A DNA stretch of 33,525 nt from Craspedostauros australis (GCA_030167865.1 JALAGF010005957.1:1-33525), one strand, 5' to 3'. Positions 21,546 to 32,859 are shown, counted from the stretch's first letter. Notes: generated from the letters alone by a model not told the origin. Program-made: numbers and translations.

Positions 21546-24288
21546 TTAGTTGGCCTCGGAGGCCTTCTTGAGCAAGAAGATCTGGCTGAGAGCATCCTGG
21601 ACTGCGGCATCCGGGGTGGATGCTCCGGATGTGACACCCATGACGACGTCCTTGTCGGTATTCAGGAGGAATTTCTCCGTCTCGATCTCGCCTTTCGTGT
21701 TCCTGTGCGTGATAGTGTTGTCCGCCGAGATGCACTCCGCTCTGTTGATGTGGAAGGATCGGACACCGGCCATCTGTGGGATCTCGAGCAAGTGGGCGGT
21801 GTTTGATGAATCCCAACCTCCAACGACGAGGATGAAGTCCAAACCGAGCTTCTCTGCGTTGTCGACCAACTCGGCCACGGCGTCTTGTCGTTCCTGTTGG
21901 CCATTGTAATGCATTGCATTGTATTTCGTTGGAGGTACGCCATCATTCCATCAACCGATCAAATATTCATTCAAAGAAAAATAGGTGAATAAACACACGG
22001 CAGGTGTGATTGATGTGACGGTGAGATGGCCATGCGTGCAAGGATGCAAACAAATGAATAAATGAACTTGACTCTCTCCGTCTATCGCTAATGCCGGCGT
22101 TGAACGTGATTGACGCCCGATGCGCAACGGCCCACGTGCGGTATCCAACAAGTAAGGGAAGAGAATAGCAGCAACAGCAACGACAACAGCAACGACAACC
22201 GCAGCGAAAATTGCGACATGGGCAGACTTACCTGCGTGGCATCGCAGATGGTGTCGAACTCCAAGTAATGCTCGCTGATGTTGCCTGGCCCGTACTTCTT
22301 GATGAGGGTGGTCTGGAAGAGCTGTCCGATGGCCCTGGTCTCCTTCTTGTACATGGTGGTCTGGTTGGCGAGACCGACCTTCTGGAGCATGGTGTCTGGA
22401 TCGAATCCTTCGCTGATGGCGTTCTCGAAGTGCTTGAGGAAGGCCTCCTTGTCGCCTCCGTTGGCGATGTAGTCGGCGACCATCTCGGCCTCTTTCATGT
22501 TCTTGACGCAGATGTAGTCCTCGCAGAAGCTGGTGGTGGCGACGGTCTCCTCGTGGGCGTACTTGCCGTGGATGATGGAGGTGTGTCCCTTGCGCTGGTG
22601 GGCGTCGACGGAGTTCCAGACCTTGGACACCCATGGGCAGGTGGTGTCAACGATCTCCACATTCTGCGCGGCCGGTCAATCGGGATGGTAGGGTGACGCG
22701 TTTTGGTGATGAAGTGTTGTGAGGGCAAGTGTTCAGCGCACATGGGCAGACATACCATATAGTGCATGGGTGGCAACAACCTCGATCAGCGCGCGATACG
22801 ATGACAGGGAATCCATGTGACCTCTGCACACTCCATTTGTTGCATGAACTGACGTGCCAACGCGGTGATACACTGAGATGCGACAACATTGGAATCCCCC
22901 CACACAATTGATACCAGCACTGACCTTCTTGTCGAAGTATTCCATCTCCTCGAGGGAAGCACCGAAGGCGGGAAGGATGACGACGTCGCCATCCTCCACG
23001 ACCTCGAAGTCCTTCTTGCCCTCGCCCAGCTTCTCGATGAGGTTGACGTTCATGTCGGTGAGACGATCATTGACCTCCGGGTTGTGAATGAGCTCGTTGG
23101 TGATGTGCAGCTTGCGGTCTGGGAAGTGTTCCACGGCCTCGTAGGCCAGCGCGATGCTGCGCTCGACGCCCCAGCAGAATCCGAAATCCTTTTTAATGCG
23201 AACGGAAATGGCAATGGGTGGTGGTTGCGTGATGCGGCGTATGCAATGCAGCGTGATATGCCATGATGTGTAAGCGCGCCGTCCCATCAAGCGATGTAGG
23301 GGCATACCACAAGAGCGCCGACGAAGAAGAGGAGAACATGAGAAGTGACCATGAAGTGAGAATATGAAGCCGAACGGAAGGCATATCGCGGGATATCATG
23401 TTGGATATGGCAAATCGCATTGTCAACGTGGCAACGCTGCTGGTTATCTCGTGAGTTGATGGCCGAAAAGATCCAAAAGAGGAAGAAAGGAAGGCAGTAG
23501 AACAGGGTGTTGCATGGTATGGTATGGTATGGTATGGTTTGATATTCGTTGATGCGATGAATTTGGAGACTCCCACAAGATTGTTGAAGGAAATCCAACT
23601 CCGTCGCATCGCATTGAATTGCATTCCATTCCAAGAGGCCATCACTGAACGAATTCGGTGTTCTGAAGGCAATAGCACAGTTGCTGCGTTCCTCGATTTG
23701 ACACCATGATCTGCATGGTAAGATGGGAGGAGCCATGAATTGCCACTTTTGGCGCCAAACCGAGGCCTGCAAGCAAGAATCCTTCACTTTTGCCTTCAAT
23801 TCTGCCTTGAATGCGATCTGAATGGGACCTGAATGGAAGGAGAGAAAGCAATCGCAGATCGACATGAACAAAGGCATCCCAAGAAGCACCAAGATGGGCA
23901 CCCAAAGAGGCAACCTCCACAGATCTGAGATCTAGAGACACACCTTGGCAAGGTAAACCTTGACGCCATCCCTGTCGATGGAGTACTCGTTGCTGCGGAG
24001 CTCCTGCACGAGATCCGAATTGTACTGATCCTGCACGCTCTGCTCCACCTGATCGCGCACTTCCTTGAATCCCCTGCGATGGAACTGATCGCTCTTGAAG
24101 AAATCGAGGCGCGCGGCCTTCTTGGTGCGGCGCCTCTCCTCCTGCTCCTTTTCTGTGGTGGAGAACAGAGCGCTGGTGCTTGGAGCAGAGGCGACCGCGG
24201 ATGCGCTGGAGCTCGGAGTGGGAATCACGAATGCTTCCGCGCAGGCGCTGCTGGCCACCAGCAAGACTGCGGATGTTGTGAACTTCAT
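21546..24288 (-). CDS. ispH: 4-hydroxy-3-methylbut-2-enyl diphosphate reductase (HDR/IspH/LytB), plastid MEP pathway, ~462 aa; exons 24288-23944, 23188-22925, 22663-22232, 21893-21546
   Basis: Signal peptide ending AEA-FVIP and a cyanobacterial/plant-type N-terminal region (FHRRGF). The three Fe-S cysteines lie in [16 protein letters not shown] and [11 protein letters not shown]; also [37 protein letters not shown]. Three phase-0 GT-AG introns. Confidence 0.96.
23514..23538 (+). repeat. (ATGGT)5 microsatellite in ispH intron 1
   Basis: atggtatggtatggtatggtatggt. Confidence 0.85.
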
Positions 24289-24732
24289 TGTGTCTTTGTC
24301 TTCTTTGTCTTTTAATAATATTATAGATCGTAAGTTGTTGCTGTGATGAGCCTGGATGAGGTTTGATGAGACGAGATGCGATCCTCGTGTGGCCCTTGGT
24401 GACTTGTTGATGTGTCCGTCAATGTAGTAATACGTGTTGATCGAATCTCTTGATGTGTTTGCTGATGCGCTTGTTTGGCTGTGACCTGTTCTAGCGCGGG
24501 TGTCGGAGTGATGTTGGGGAGACCTTCTCGTCTTTTCTCTCTTCCACGTGACGCCACCACCACCACCACCACCACCAACAACGACAACGACGACCAAACA
24601 CAACGAGCACCATCCACGATTTTGCTTGGCTGTTCCAACACATTTGATCGCATGAGTCAACCACGGATCGAACTTCAACTCAAGCGTCAGATCGTGAAAA
24701 TGCCTCTGTTCGCTCGCGCTCTCTGCTTGAAC

Positions 24733-24742
24733 ATGACGTCAT
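24733..24742. promoter_or_regulatory. ATGACGTCAT (CRE/aureochrome-type bZIP site) upstream of ispH
   Basis: Perfect 10-bp palindrome ~445 bp upstream of the ispH ATG; motif match only. Confidence 0.3.
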
Positions 24743-24959
24743 CAATGTCGTCATCACGACTGGACACGGGTATGCCTCACAAAATGCGTTCGCAAAAAGC
24801 CAAAACCCGAACAACGGAAAATGTGCAGAAACACAAACATCAACCTCCAACGCGACAAGTCCTCGCGCGGGCACTCGAGAGGTGCACACAACCGTCATCG
24901 GAATGCCAGGCACGCACGAGCGTAATGCTGCTAATACTATTGTTGCTTGCATAAGGTTC

Positions 24960-25060
24960 TGTATTAGAGCCTATTAAAATATATAATAGAATAGCTATAT
25001 TAGCATGGTACTCTGCTTTATTCTATTGTAGAATATAATAGAATACTATTGTATTAGATT
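24960..25060. repeat. AT-rich island sharing motifs with the island at 3908-4050
   Basis: CTATTAAAATATATAATAGAATAG (24971-24994) vs CTATTATATTATATAATAGAATAG (3914-3937), 22/24 identical; both are followed by TAGAATATAAT..AGAATAC. Confidence 0.55.
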
Positions 25061-25210
25061 GCATTGTTACTCCACCAGCCTTGTACATGTTGGCCAAGGG
25101 CATCTGTCTTCACGACAATATCGCCAACCAACCGACGACAAACTGGTGTTCGGAATATGTTCGATCACTGCGTCGCGCTGTACGCCTATGATGTCGGCGG
25201 CTGCTTTTTG

Positions 25211-28200
25211 TTACTCCTGCTGTTGATGCCGCCCATATTGTTCGTGCTCTCGTTGCGAGTTGTCTTGGAATAGATTTCCACCCTGTTGCTGCTGCTGCTG
25301 CTGCTGCTGTTGTTGCTGATGACGATTCTGCGGCTGAATCTGAGGGTCCATGTTGGCCACCATCATTAGCAAGTCTCGATTCGGCTCCAGCCTGGGCTCG
25401 GCGTACACGTCACGTCCTTGCCTGTGCGACTGCAGGATTTGGTACGGCATGGAGATAGACGAACCCGGCAATCCCCCAAGACTGTCCGAAGCAGCTGCCT
25501 GCTGCGTCTCCTGCCATGTCTGCTGCATCGATTGTTGCATCGATTGTTGCCACGCTGATCCCTGCAGCAACTGAATCTGGCGCGGCTCCTGTCCAGACGA
25601 CGACGACGACGAGGCAGCAGCAGCGGCGGCGGTAGCCGCCAGCGTTGGATTCTCGCCAGCCAAAGGACCGACAGCGCCTGCTCCGGTCAACGGACCAGAA
25701 ACTGATATGGCGTCAGCTGAACCAGTTCCAAAGAATCCCGCGAGTGATGGGTTGACCCCAACCCCAGGTGTTCGGTTCGTTCCATCCACACCATCCGAAG
25801 GAACCCCACCGCGAAAGCTACTGCGGTCGATTCCTTCCATTCTCCCGTGGAGATCAGTCTGCCTTCCAGACGATGCGATCCTTTGGGCCGCATGCTGCTG
25901 CAATCGCAGGTCGAGGTCGGTGATGCCATCGAACGGATGTGATCCTCCCTGGGTGCCCCCCTTCCCCTTGTCAAACCCATACTGCCGCCTCAAGAGTTGA
26001 TCGAGCGAATACTGACCCATCATGGCCGTGATTGGAGGGTAATCGCAACTCACATCTGGCTGCGGCTGGCCATCAGCACGGACGCCAGAGCTGCCGATGC
26101 GGCTGCCATTGGGATTACTACCATGCTGTGGCACTCCGACTTGATGTGCTTGGTTTTGCATTTCCTGGAGATGTAACTGCAGCGGAAGTGAGAGCTGATG
26201 CTGCTGCTGCTGCTGCGGCTGCTGCTGCTGTTGTTGTCGGCTGTGCTGTCCCTGTGATTGTGGTGCATGCTCTACGTGCTGACCATAACCGTGAACTCGC
26301 CTTTCCAGAGCCATCTGGAGAATATGGTTCGCGGATGACACGTTCTCATCGAACATCGTGCGATTGAGGTTGGAGGCGCCAAGCTGGCCCTGCGCCCCCA
26401 TCTCATCCGGTGCTCTCGTTCGCCCCTGCGCCAGCCTTGATTGTAGTTGCAGCATCGTTTGGGCTGTGATATCCGCCGTTGGGCCCACGAGTTGCTGAGA
26501 CGATTCTAGGTCTTGGGGCGCGTTGGGCATTTGGTGGGCTTGGGTTGGTGCTTGTGCGCCTGCTGGCGTTTGCATCTCTGCCTGTCTCTGCGGCTGTGTT
26601 CCCGGATACATTTTCATTGGTGTTTGTGCCTGCGCTTGTGTTTGTATTTGGGCTTGCATCTCTGCCTGCAGTCCTCCCTGCATCCCTGTCTCCAACCCCA
26701 CGTGCAACGCTCCCTGGTTCTGCAGCTGCGGCTGCATCTGCTCTTGATCTTGTTCGCGTTGCGGCGTCAACCGAGTGTTGCGGCCGCCCTGCGGGACGAT
26801 GAGGCCCAATGCGATAGGATCCATGGGCTCGATCTGCTGAGGCTCTTTTGAGCCGATGCAATTCATTTGCAAACAGAGGCGCAAATTGCCTCGTTGGAAC
26901 ATCGGGTGGTAGTAGGCGCCCGTTTCTGGCCCTCTGGTTACTCGTGTGAAACTCCTTCATTCGTTGCGCAAGAGTGCATACCATGCCATGCACACCAATC
27001 ACGGCAACAGGATGGCGTGACGATGAATGCACATGTACCACAGGTAGCAGGAATGCCAATTTGGCACAGATTTGAGTGCCAACCGAGCATCATCCCAAAC
27101 GGCGATTTCAAAACAAAGATGGCGTCCGAGTCAGATGGCAGGGCATACACGTACACGCGCGCACACACACGTGCATCAGCGCATCAGTCACATTGGAATT
27201 GAAGAGTTAGTCATGCGAAGTGATAAATTGATGCACAGCAGAAAAAACAGGAACTGACTTGTCGGTGTCATCTCTGTGCCGTAGCGTCCGAATATCTTTC
27301 ACTGGGCCGGATCGCAATGGAGCATCAAACCGCAATGCATGCGAAGTGTTAGCCTGGGAGACTGCAACCTGACTTCCATCGTTCACAGGCGCAGCTGACG
27401 TGCTTCCAAGGTCTTTGTGACTCATGTTATAACGTATTGAAGATTTAACGTGCGCATGAGCGTTCCCATAGATGGACTTGAGGGGAGGATTTCATTGCAG
27501 TACAGGCTCAACCCCGAGGCAAACTCCCTGATGATGGAAACCAATAGAAGCAGCAACAGCAGCATCAACAGCAACAGTTTGTTCAAGACATGAAGCGCGA
27601 TAGTACAACGCAGTTGCGAGTCAAGTTGCTTCTGCTTGCTTACCATCTGTTGAGCTTTCGCTGCGGGTGGTCCATTGTTACCGAGCGTTCCAATGAAGAT
27701 GGGAGCGGGCAGAAGCAAGCATTCGGTCAAAAAGAGTTGAAGAACGCCAATAGGCAAAGCAAGTGAGTACGATGCGTCTTCGATCTGGCTGTCCACGCAA
27801 GTATCTGATGAAGGAGGTACGCACAGGAAGACCATACCCATTCCGTCACAGGATGACACACCAGTGAACACTTCAGCAGCCAACACAACGCCATGATACC
27901 TTTTGCATCATGCAGTATGGTACAAGCAGCATACGAGTACATGAGAAAGCCAAAGAACATGAAGCCCCACAAGTTGCGAATAGTGCCATCCCAATACTTG
28001 AACGTATGACTCACCGTGAAGCTCGTGAATTTTGCTTTCTTGCTGAAGTAGTGTGGCATCACCTCGGTTGCAAAACGGTGCTTCTGCAAGATGATGAACC
28101 CTTTGCCGTGTGGTAGCCATGATATGATGTCAGAGAACTTCTCTGTGGAGAGAATCTCCATCATCTTTGTTATCAAACATGTTGGTTCCAACAACAAAGG

Positions 28201-29154
28201 CAAGGTCAAGGTCATGGACAAGGGCAGGAGAGTGTCGGCATGTACAAACGCGTCGGAAGGCGTGAGATGTGAATAGTGCTGTGTACCACGGCGGCGTGTT
28301 GGATTGCCCAGCCAATATCAATATCATGGCACCATCGCTGGGCATCTCGTGAGATCCGCAAGTGTCGACAACAGCATTCGTATGGACTGCCTCATTCGGC
28401 ACTCGTCTTGCGTGGCACGAAGCATTTGTACATCAACGTATCTGCAATCCTTGATGCGACAAGAAGCCAATACAATGGGGTCCTGAGGTTGTGACTGATG
28501 GCCCTCGTACAAGCACTCGTCCTTGCAGAGATCGTATTTGCGTATTGGTGCTACTCGTACGCATGCGACAGCCAAGTGCTGTGGCAAGAATGCTCGTGAA
28601 CGTGGCCGTGAACGTGGCCGTGAACGTGGCCGTCAACGTGGGAACGATAATTGACGTGTACACACTCTTACCTTTTGCGGGAATGTCATTGGCGCACTTG
28701 CATCGGCACATGACAAGGTACTGGAGTCTTTGTCTTTGTCTGACTTTTGGCCTGTGCGTTGCATTCCCAATGGCAACTTGCTCTCAGGTGTCGATGTAAA
28801 CAGCGGAACGGCGTTTGTCATTTCATTGGTCCACATTCGTTGCGATGCCGACGTTGAACTTTCGTCGTCAAGCCGATGATCTACCCGGAGCAAATCCTCG
28901 GCAATCGCAAGCTGGTTCTGATTGTGATATCCGTGCTGGCTCTTCCGTTGCTGCTGATGCTGATGCTGATGCTGATGCTGTTGCTGACCTTGTATTTGCT
29001 GATGGTGCTGCGGTGGCTGTTGCCATCTCTGAGCCATGTCTTGAGGAGAACTCAGTGTGGTGGTCTGACGATCATGTTGGGCATTCCCTTCTTGTCCCAT
29101 CCGTCGATTCCCATCAGGCTCGGGCGGGTCGAGAGGCACATTGTCATCATTCAT
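25211..29154 (-). CDS. Heat shock factor (HSF-type DNA-binding domain) paralog B, ~797 aa; exons 29154-28672, 28164-28015, 27660-27644, 26954-25211
   Basis: Spliced TFPQK|MMEILSTEKFSDIISWLPHGKGFIILQKHRFATEVMPHYFSKKAKFTSFT|RKLNRW|SFTRVTRGPETGAYYHPMFQRGNLRLCLQM. Donors GTAAGA, GTGAGT, GTAAGC; acceptors AAG, CAG, AAG. Long Q-rich C-terminus with polyQ. Confidence 0.9.
27644..27660 (-). other. 17-nt micro-exon of HSF paralog B encoding RKLNRW
   Basis: Minus strand ccgcag|CGA AAG CTC AAC AGA TG|gtaagc encodes exactly the missing recognition-helix residues, which are contiguous in paralog A. Confidence 0.92.
28595..28641 (+). repeat. 12-bp tandem repeat (CGTGAACGTGGC)x~4 in HSF-B intron 1
   Basis: cgtgaacgtggc cgtgaacgtggc cgtgaacgtggc cgtcaacgtgg. 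Confidence 0.85.
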
Positions 29155-32117
29155 CGTAGAGTGGTAATTGTGTAAACACTCTATAATCGATGGCTGGGAT
29201 GGCAACAAGGCGTTTGCTCTGTTGCGTCGCGGGAGACCAACTCCCCGGGGGCAATTGAAGGCCAGAGCACAACGCGTGGGGGTCGTACGACCTTGCAAGG
29301 TATGCCGGTGTGTTCAGCCGAGGTGCTGGAAGACCTGATCACGACGAATCCGAGTATATCCGCAGGCCTGCGTACGAGTAAAATGGGTGATTGCGGCCCG
29401 GTTTGCTGGGAACCTGTTCGGAGATGACTTTCCTTGCCACGTCCCTGGTGTTCGTGCTCGTCCTTTGCTTGGTTGTTTGCGTGTGCCTTGTTGGCTGTGC
29501 GATCGTTGCATTGCCGTCTTCCCAACTTGTTGGTTTTGCTGTTTCTATTTTGTGATGGCGCGAAGGCAGGGATGAAGATAAAAGAGAGGTCGCGATGGCG
29601 GTAGGAGTATTGTGAGGATTGGAGGGCGGTGTCGATGACAACACCTCCAACGACACGGTCGGAGGCAAGGGCAATGCAGTTCGGACAACGGTTGTGTTTG
29701 TGATGACAAATAATGATAAGGGGTTGGATCATGGATGCTCTACATTTGATGATGGATGAACACGGGCCTTTTGAACGTGTTCTGTGCGTCAAAAAGGCAT
29801 GAATTAATCTGCCCGAAGACGGCAACGACCTGTGTTTCAATTCACGATCTGCAGGCGACGGTCTCAACTTGATCCGAAGTGTCATGGACAAAAGTAGTCT
29901 GCAGTGATATTCACCTTTGCATCCGGCAGCTCCTCGACTTCGGCAAGTGGAATGGGTGATCGTCACGATGCAGAGCAGCTGGTCAGCGTATTTGTTGCCT
30001 GTGTTGCCTGTGTTGCCTGTGATCGATGATGTGTTCCATGCTTTGGATGTGTTGGATGTGTTGGATGTGTTCAGTGCCTCTCTCTGTTGGCTGGAGTTGC
30101 AAAAACATGGGCGCTGGCGGTTGATGGATGCGATGATGGGCGATTCAAGATAGGTTTCACCTCAGGTTTCTTCAGCATCGCCAGTCCATCGCCACAATCA
30201 ACGAAGGAGCACTCCCACACGCGCTCTTCGAGCCCTGTTGCCTCCACATCTCCTTCCCAACAGGGGATATCTTCGTTGCATTTGCCTTGGTCCTGGCATC
30301 CCTTCTCCTCTTGTGGCGCACGGAAGGTTCGCGTTTGTTTTGCACTTCTGGTGATCGGGAATGGGTGTATCTGGGTGAACCATCATCCGAGAGGGCTCTT
30401 TGCGACGGCGACACCAATGCGAAGAATAATTGTTCTGGAGGAATTCGATCAACCACACAATCTCGGGCTTCTCATGGATGAGCAATTCGCGCATCGTCAA
30501 AGTCTTGATGTTGCTATCGTTGTTGTTCCGACCGATCCTGCTTCCGCTCCTGTTTCTGGAGGGGTACAATGGCAGTACGGGTAACTATTTGGACAGTCGA
30601 GTATAGTGCTCCTGGGCACTCTGGAGTTGGGTGCCACACATGTAATGGCTCGTATGTCTGTGTGAAGAGGGGTGCTTGTTGGCTGATTGCCGCTCTTGGC
30701 CTCATTCAACTTATCGTTCGCTGCGCGGTCATTCACGATGCCATTCACCACAAAAGCACATTCAAGTCCATTTGATAGATCAGAGGGGCCAAAAATGCTG
30801 TGGCTTGGCAAAACATCACGCGCCTCAACATGCAGGATGTCGCGATACCGACTATCATCAACAATTACATGCTTTTTGGGGACAAGCCAGATTCGAAAAC
30901 GCTCCTCCGGTCAACTTTGACTTTGTCCCTTGTACGATGTTCTGATCAGAACCAGAACATGGGTGGATGCTGATACCCGCTACAATTGCTGAGTTTTTGT
31001 ATGGCCTTATCACACAAATCGCAATGAAGCAATGGGATAGGAGTGTGCAGGCGGAGACAGCCAGGCGCAGACAGATACGGGTGGGGATGTGCTGTACGAG
31101 CTTGTACGCCACAACGAACGCTCACATTTCTGAAGCAGAAGCGAAATCAGATCGCACACTGCTTGTGCTGGCGCCGCAAGAGCGCACTCCTCGCCACGCT
31201 ACTATACATAATACGGGTACGAGCTACACAAGTATAATAGGTTGTGCTGGGCAGCGCTTGTACGTCCAATACTTCACTGTTTGAAAATGGAGGCATTGGT
31301 GCCGTAGGAGTACTAGTCGTATCGTCCACACCAGTACCACTGCTTTGCACTTTGCACGACCATGACGGTAACCCACACAATTCGCATCGGAAGGAGAAAG
31401 AGAAGAACGAGGATCTTGGATTGATTCTTCCCTTCTCCTCCCCATTCTGAGTGTTCTCGCTTCCGATGAAGGAAGAGGCCATCCTCCCGGACAATTATGA
31501 TGCTGTGTGTGGCTGCCCATCCTTGGAGGCGGCATTTGAGTGGAGGAAGGGACTGGGAGAACACCCGAATCTGCTCTGCAGTATGAGTCCTCTGTGCTCC
31601 AAACAGCAAACCACAGTCCAATCGAAATAGCAGTAGGAGCACACGCAAGATCCATGGTACTTTTCATAGGAGTTGGAGTAGAAACGTGGAGTAAAACGGG
31701 AGCGCCGCATCTGCTTGGCCATGTGCGCGCATCATGCCGATACTTACGACCCCATTCAGGATAGAAACGTACGTTTTTGCGGATTTTTAAGATAAGCACT
31801 TAGATCATCCTATTATGTTGCAGAGAGTATATGAGTGAAGTTACAAGATCCTGGGTCTTGTAGTTAAAAAGTTTATATTTTTCGCATTAGTCTATGACTA
31901 GAAACGTTGAGCATGCGGACGTTGAGAGGCACATGAGGTTCGGAATCGCTAGTCGTGCTTCGGCTCGCTGTCCAGTCGTGTCCATCATCAGCGCTCTCGC
32001 ATTTCGCATTGGTGAGGCGGTTGGGTGTGAAGAAATGATGAGGATTGCGCAGTGGCGGCAGGCTTGCTGAGGCTGATGCTTCATCTGGGCTGCCGATCAG
32101 ACATCGCAATCCAGCGT

Positions 32118-32303
32118 TGTGGGTTGGTGGGTAATCCAGATCTTGATGCCCAGCTTGACTTCCACACTGCTTTGTTCTCTGTTCTNNNNNNNNNNNNNNN
32201 NNNNNNNNNNNNNNNNNNNNNNNNNNNNNNNNNNNTGTGGGTTGGTGGGTAATCCAGATCTTGATGCCCAGCTTGACTTCCACACTGCTTTGTTCTCTGT
32301 TCT
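32118..32303. other. 50-N assembly gap (32186-32235) flanked by an identical 68-bp direct duplication (32118-32185 = 32236-32303)
   Basis: The same tgtgggttggtgggtaatcc...ttgttctctgttct sequence lies on both sides of the gap, typical of an unmerged contig overlap. Confidence 0.85.
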
Positions 32304-32708
32304 GCTGCTGTTCATGGCCATCGTTGGCTTCTGGCCGTTGTTCATCTGCTTTGCTCTTGGCTTTTTGTTTCAGTGTCAATCACTTGATTCTTCCGAATTG
32401 AACGCAGTTTTGTGTGTTTTCCCGTTTCCGGAGACGCATGATTTTCTTGTTCTCAACGTATTTCACGTTTTGGACGAGAACAAAGGCCTCATGTCTTCAA
32501 ATATTGATTCCAAATTTCTGATTTCTGATCTAACTTCGGCGAGAAATGTTCTCCACGATAGTGTTTGAATTTTCAGTGGCCAATCAATTCTTCTCGATGT
32601 CGCACAGTATCTTCACGAAAGAGAGACAGACCTTGTATTTGGCAGTGAATACCAGCGGCGGTTGGGATCTTGGTGGGAGAGAGTTCAACTCGTGATCCTG
32701 TTGTGTTG

Positions 32709-32758
32709 NNNNNNNNNNNNNNNNNNNNNNNNNNNNNNNNNNNNNNNNNNNNNNNNNN
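32709..32758. other. 50-N assembly gap
   Basis: Run of N. Confidence 0.99.
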
Positions 32759-32811
32759 TCTCTCCAAGTTCGCCAACCTCTATCGCACCCACACACCACA
32801 AGCTACGATTC

Positions 32812-32859
32812 CAACAACAACAACAACAACGACGACGACGACAACAACGACAACAACAA
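32812..32859 (+). repeat. (CAA)/(CGA) trinucleotide microsatellite
   Basis: caacaacaacaacaacaacgacgacgacgacaacaacgacaacaacaa. Confidence 0.9.

Noticed and set aside
25211..28164. HSF-B as a frameshifted pseudogene or as separate genes
   Set aside because: The 17-nt micro-exon restores the full DNA-binding domain and a continuous 797-aa frame.
29181..29966. 261-aa ORF upstream of HSF-B as a separate gene
   Set aside because: No domain similarity and composition like a leader or promoter region; unsupported.
32118..32303. 68-bp direct repeat as a biological repeat (LTR, TSD or CRISPR-like)
   Set aside because: The identical copies abut a fixed-length 50-N gap on both sides; most simply an assembly overlap artefact.
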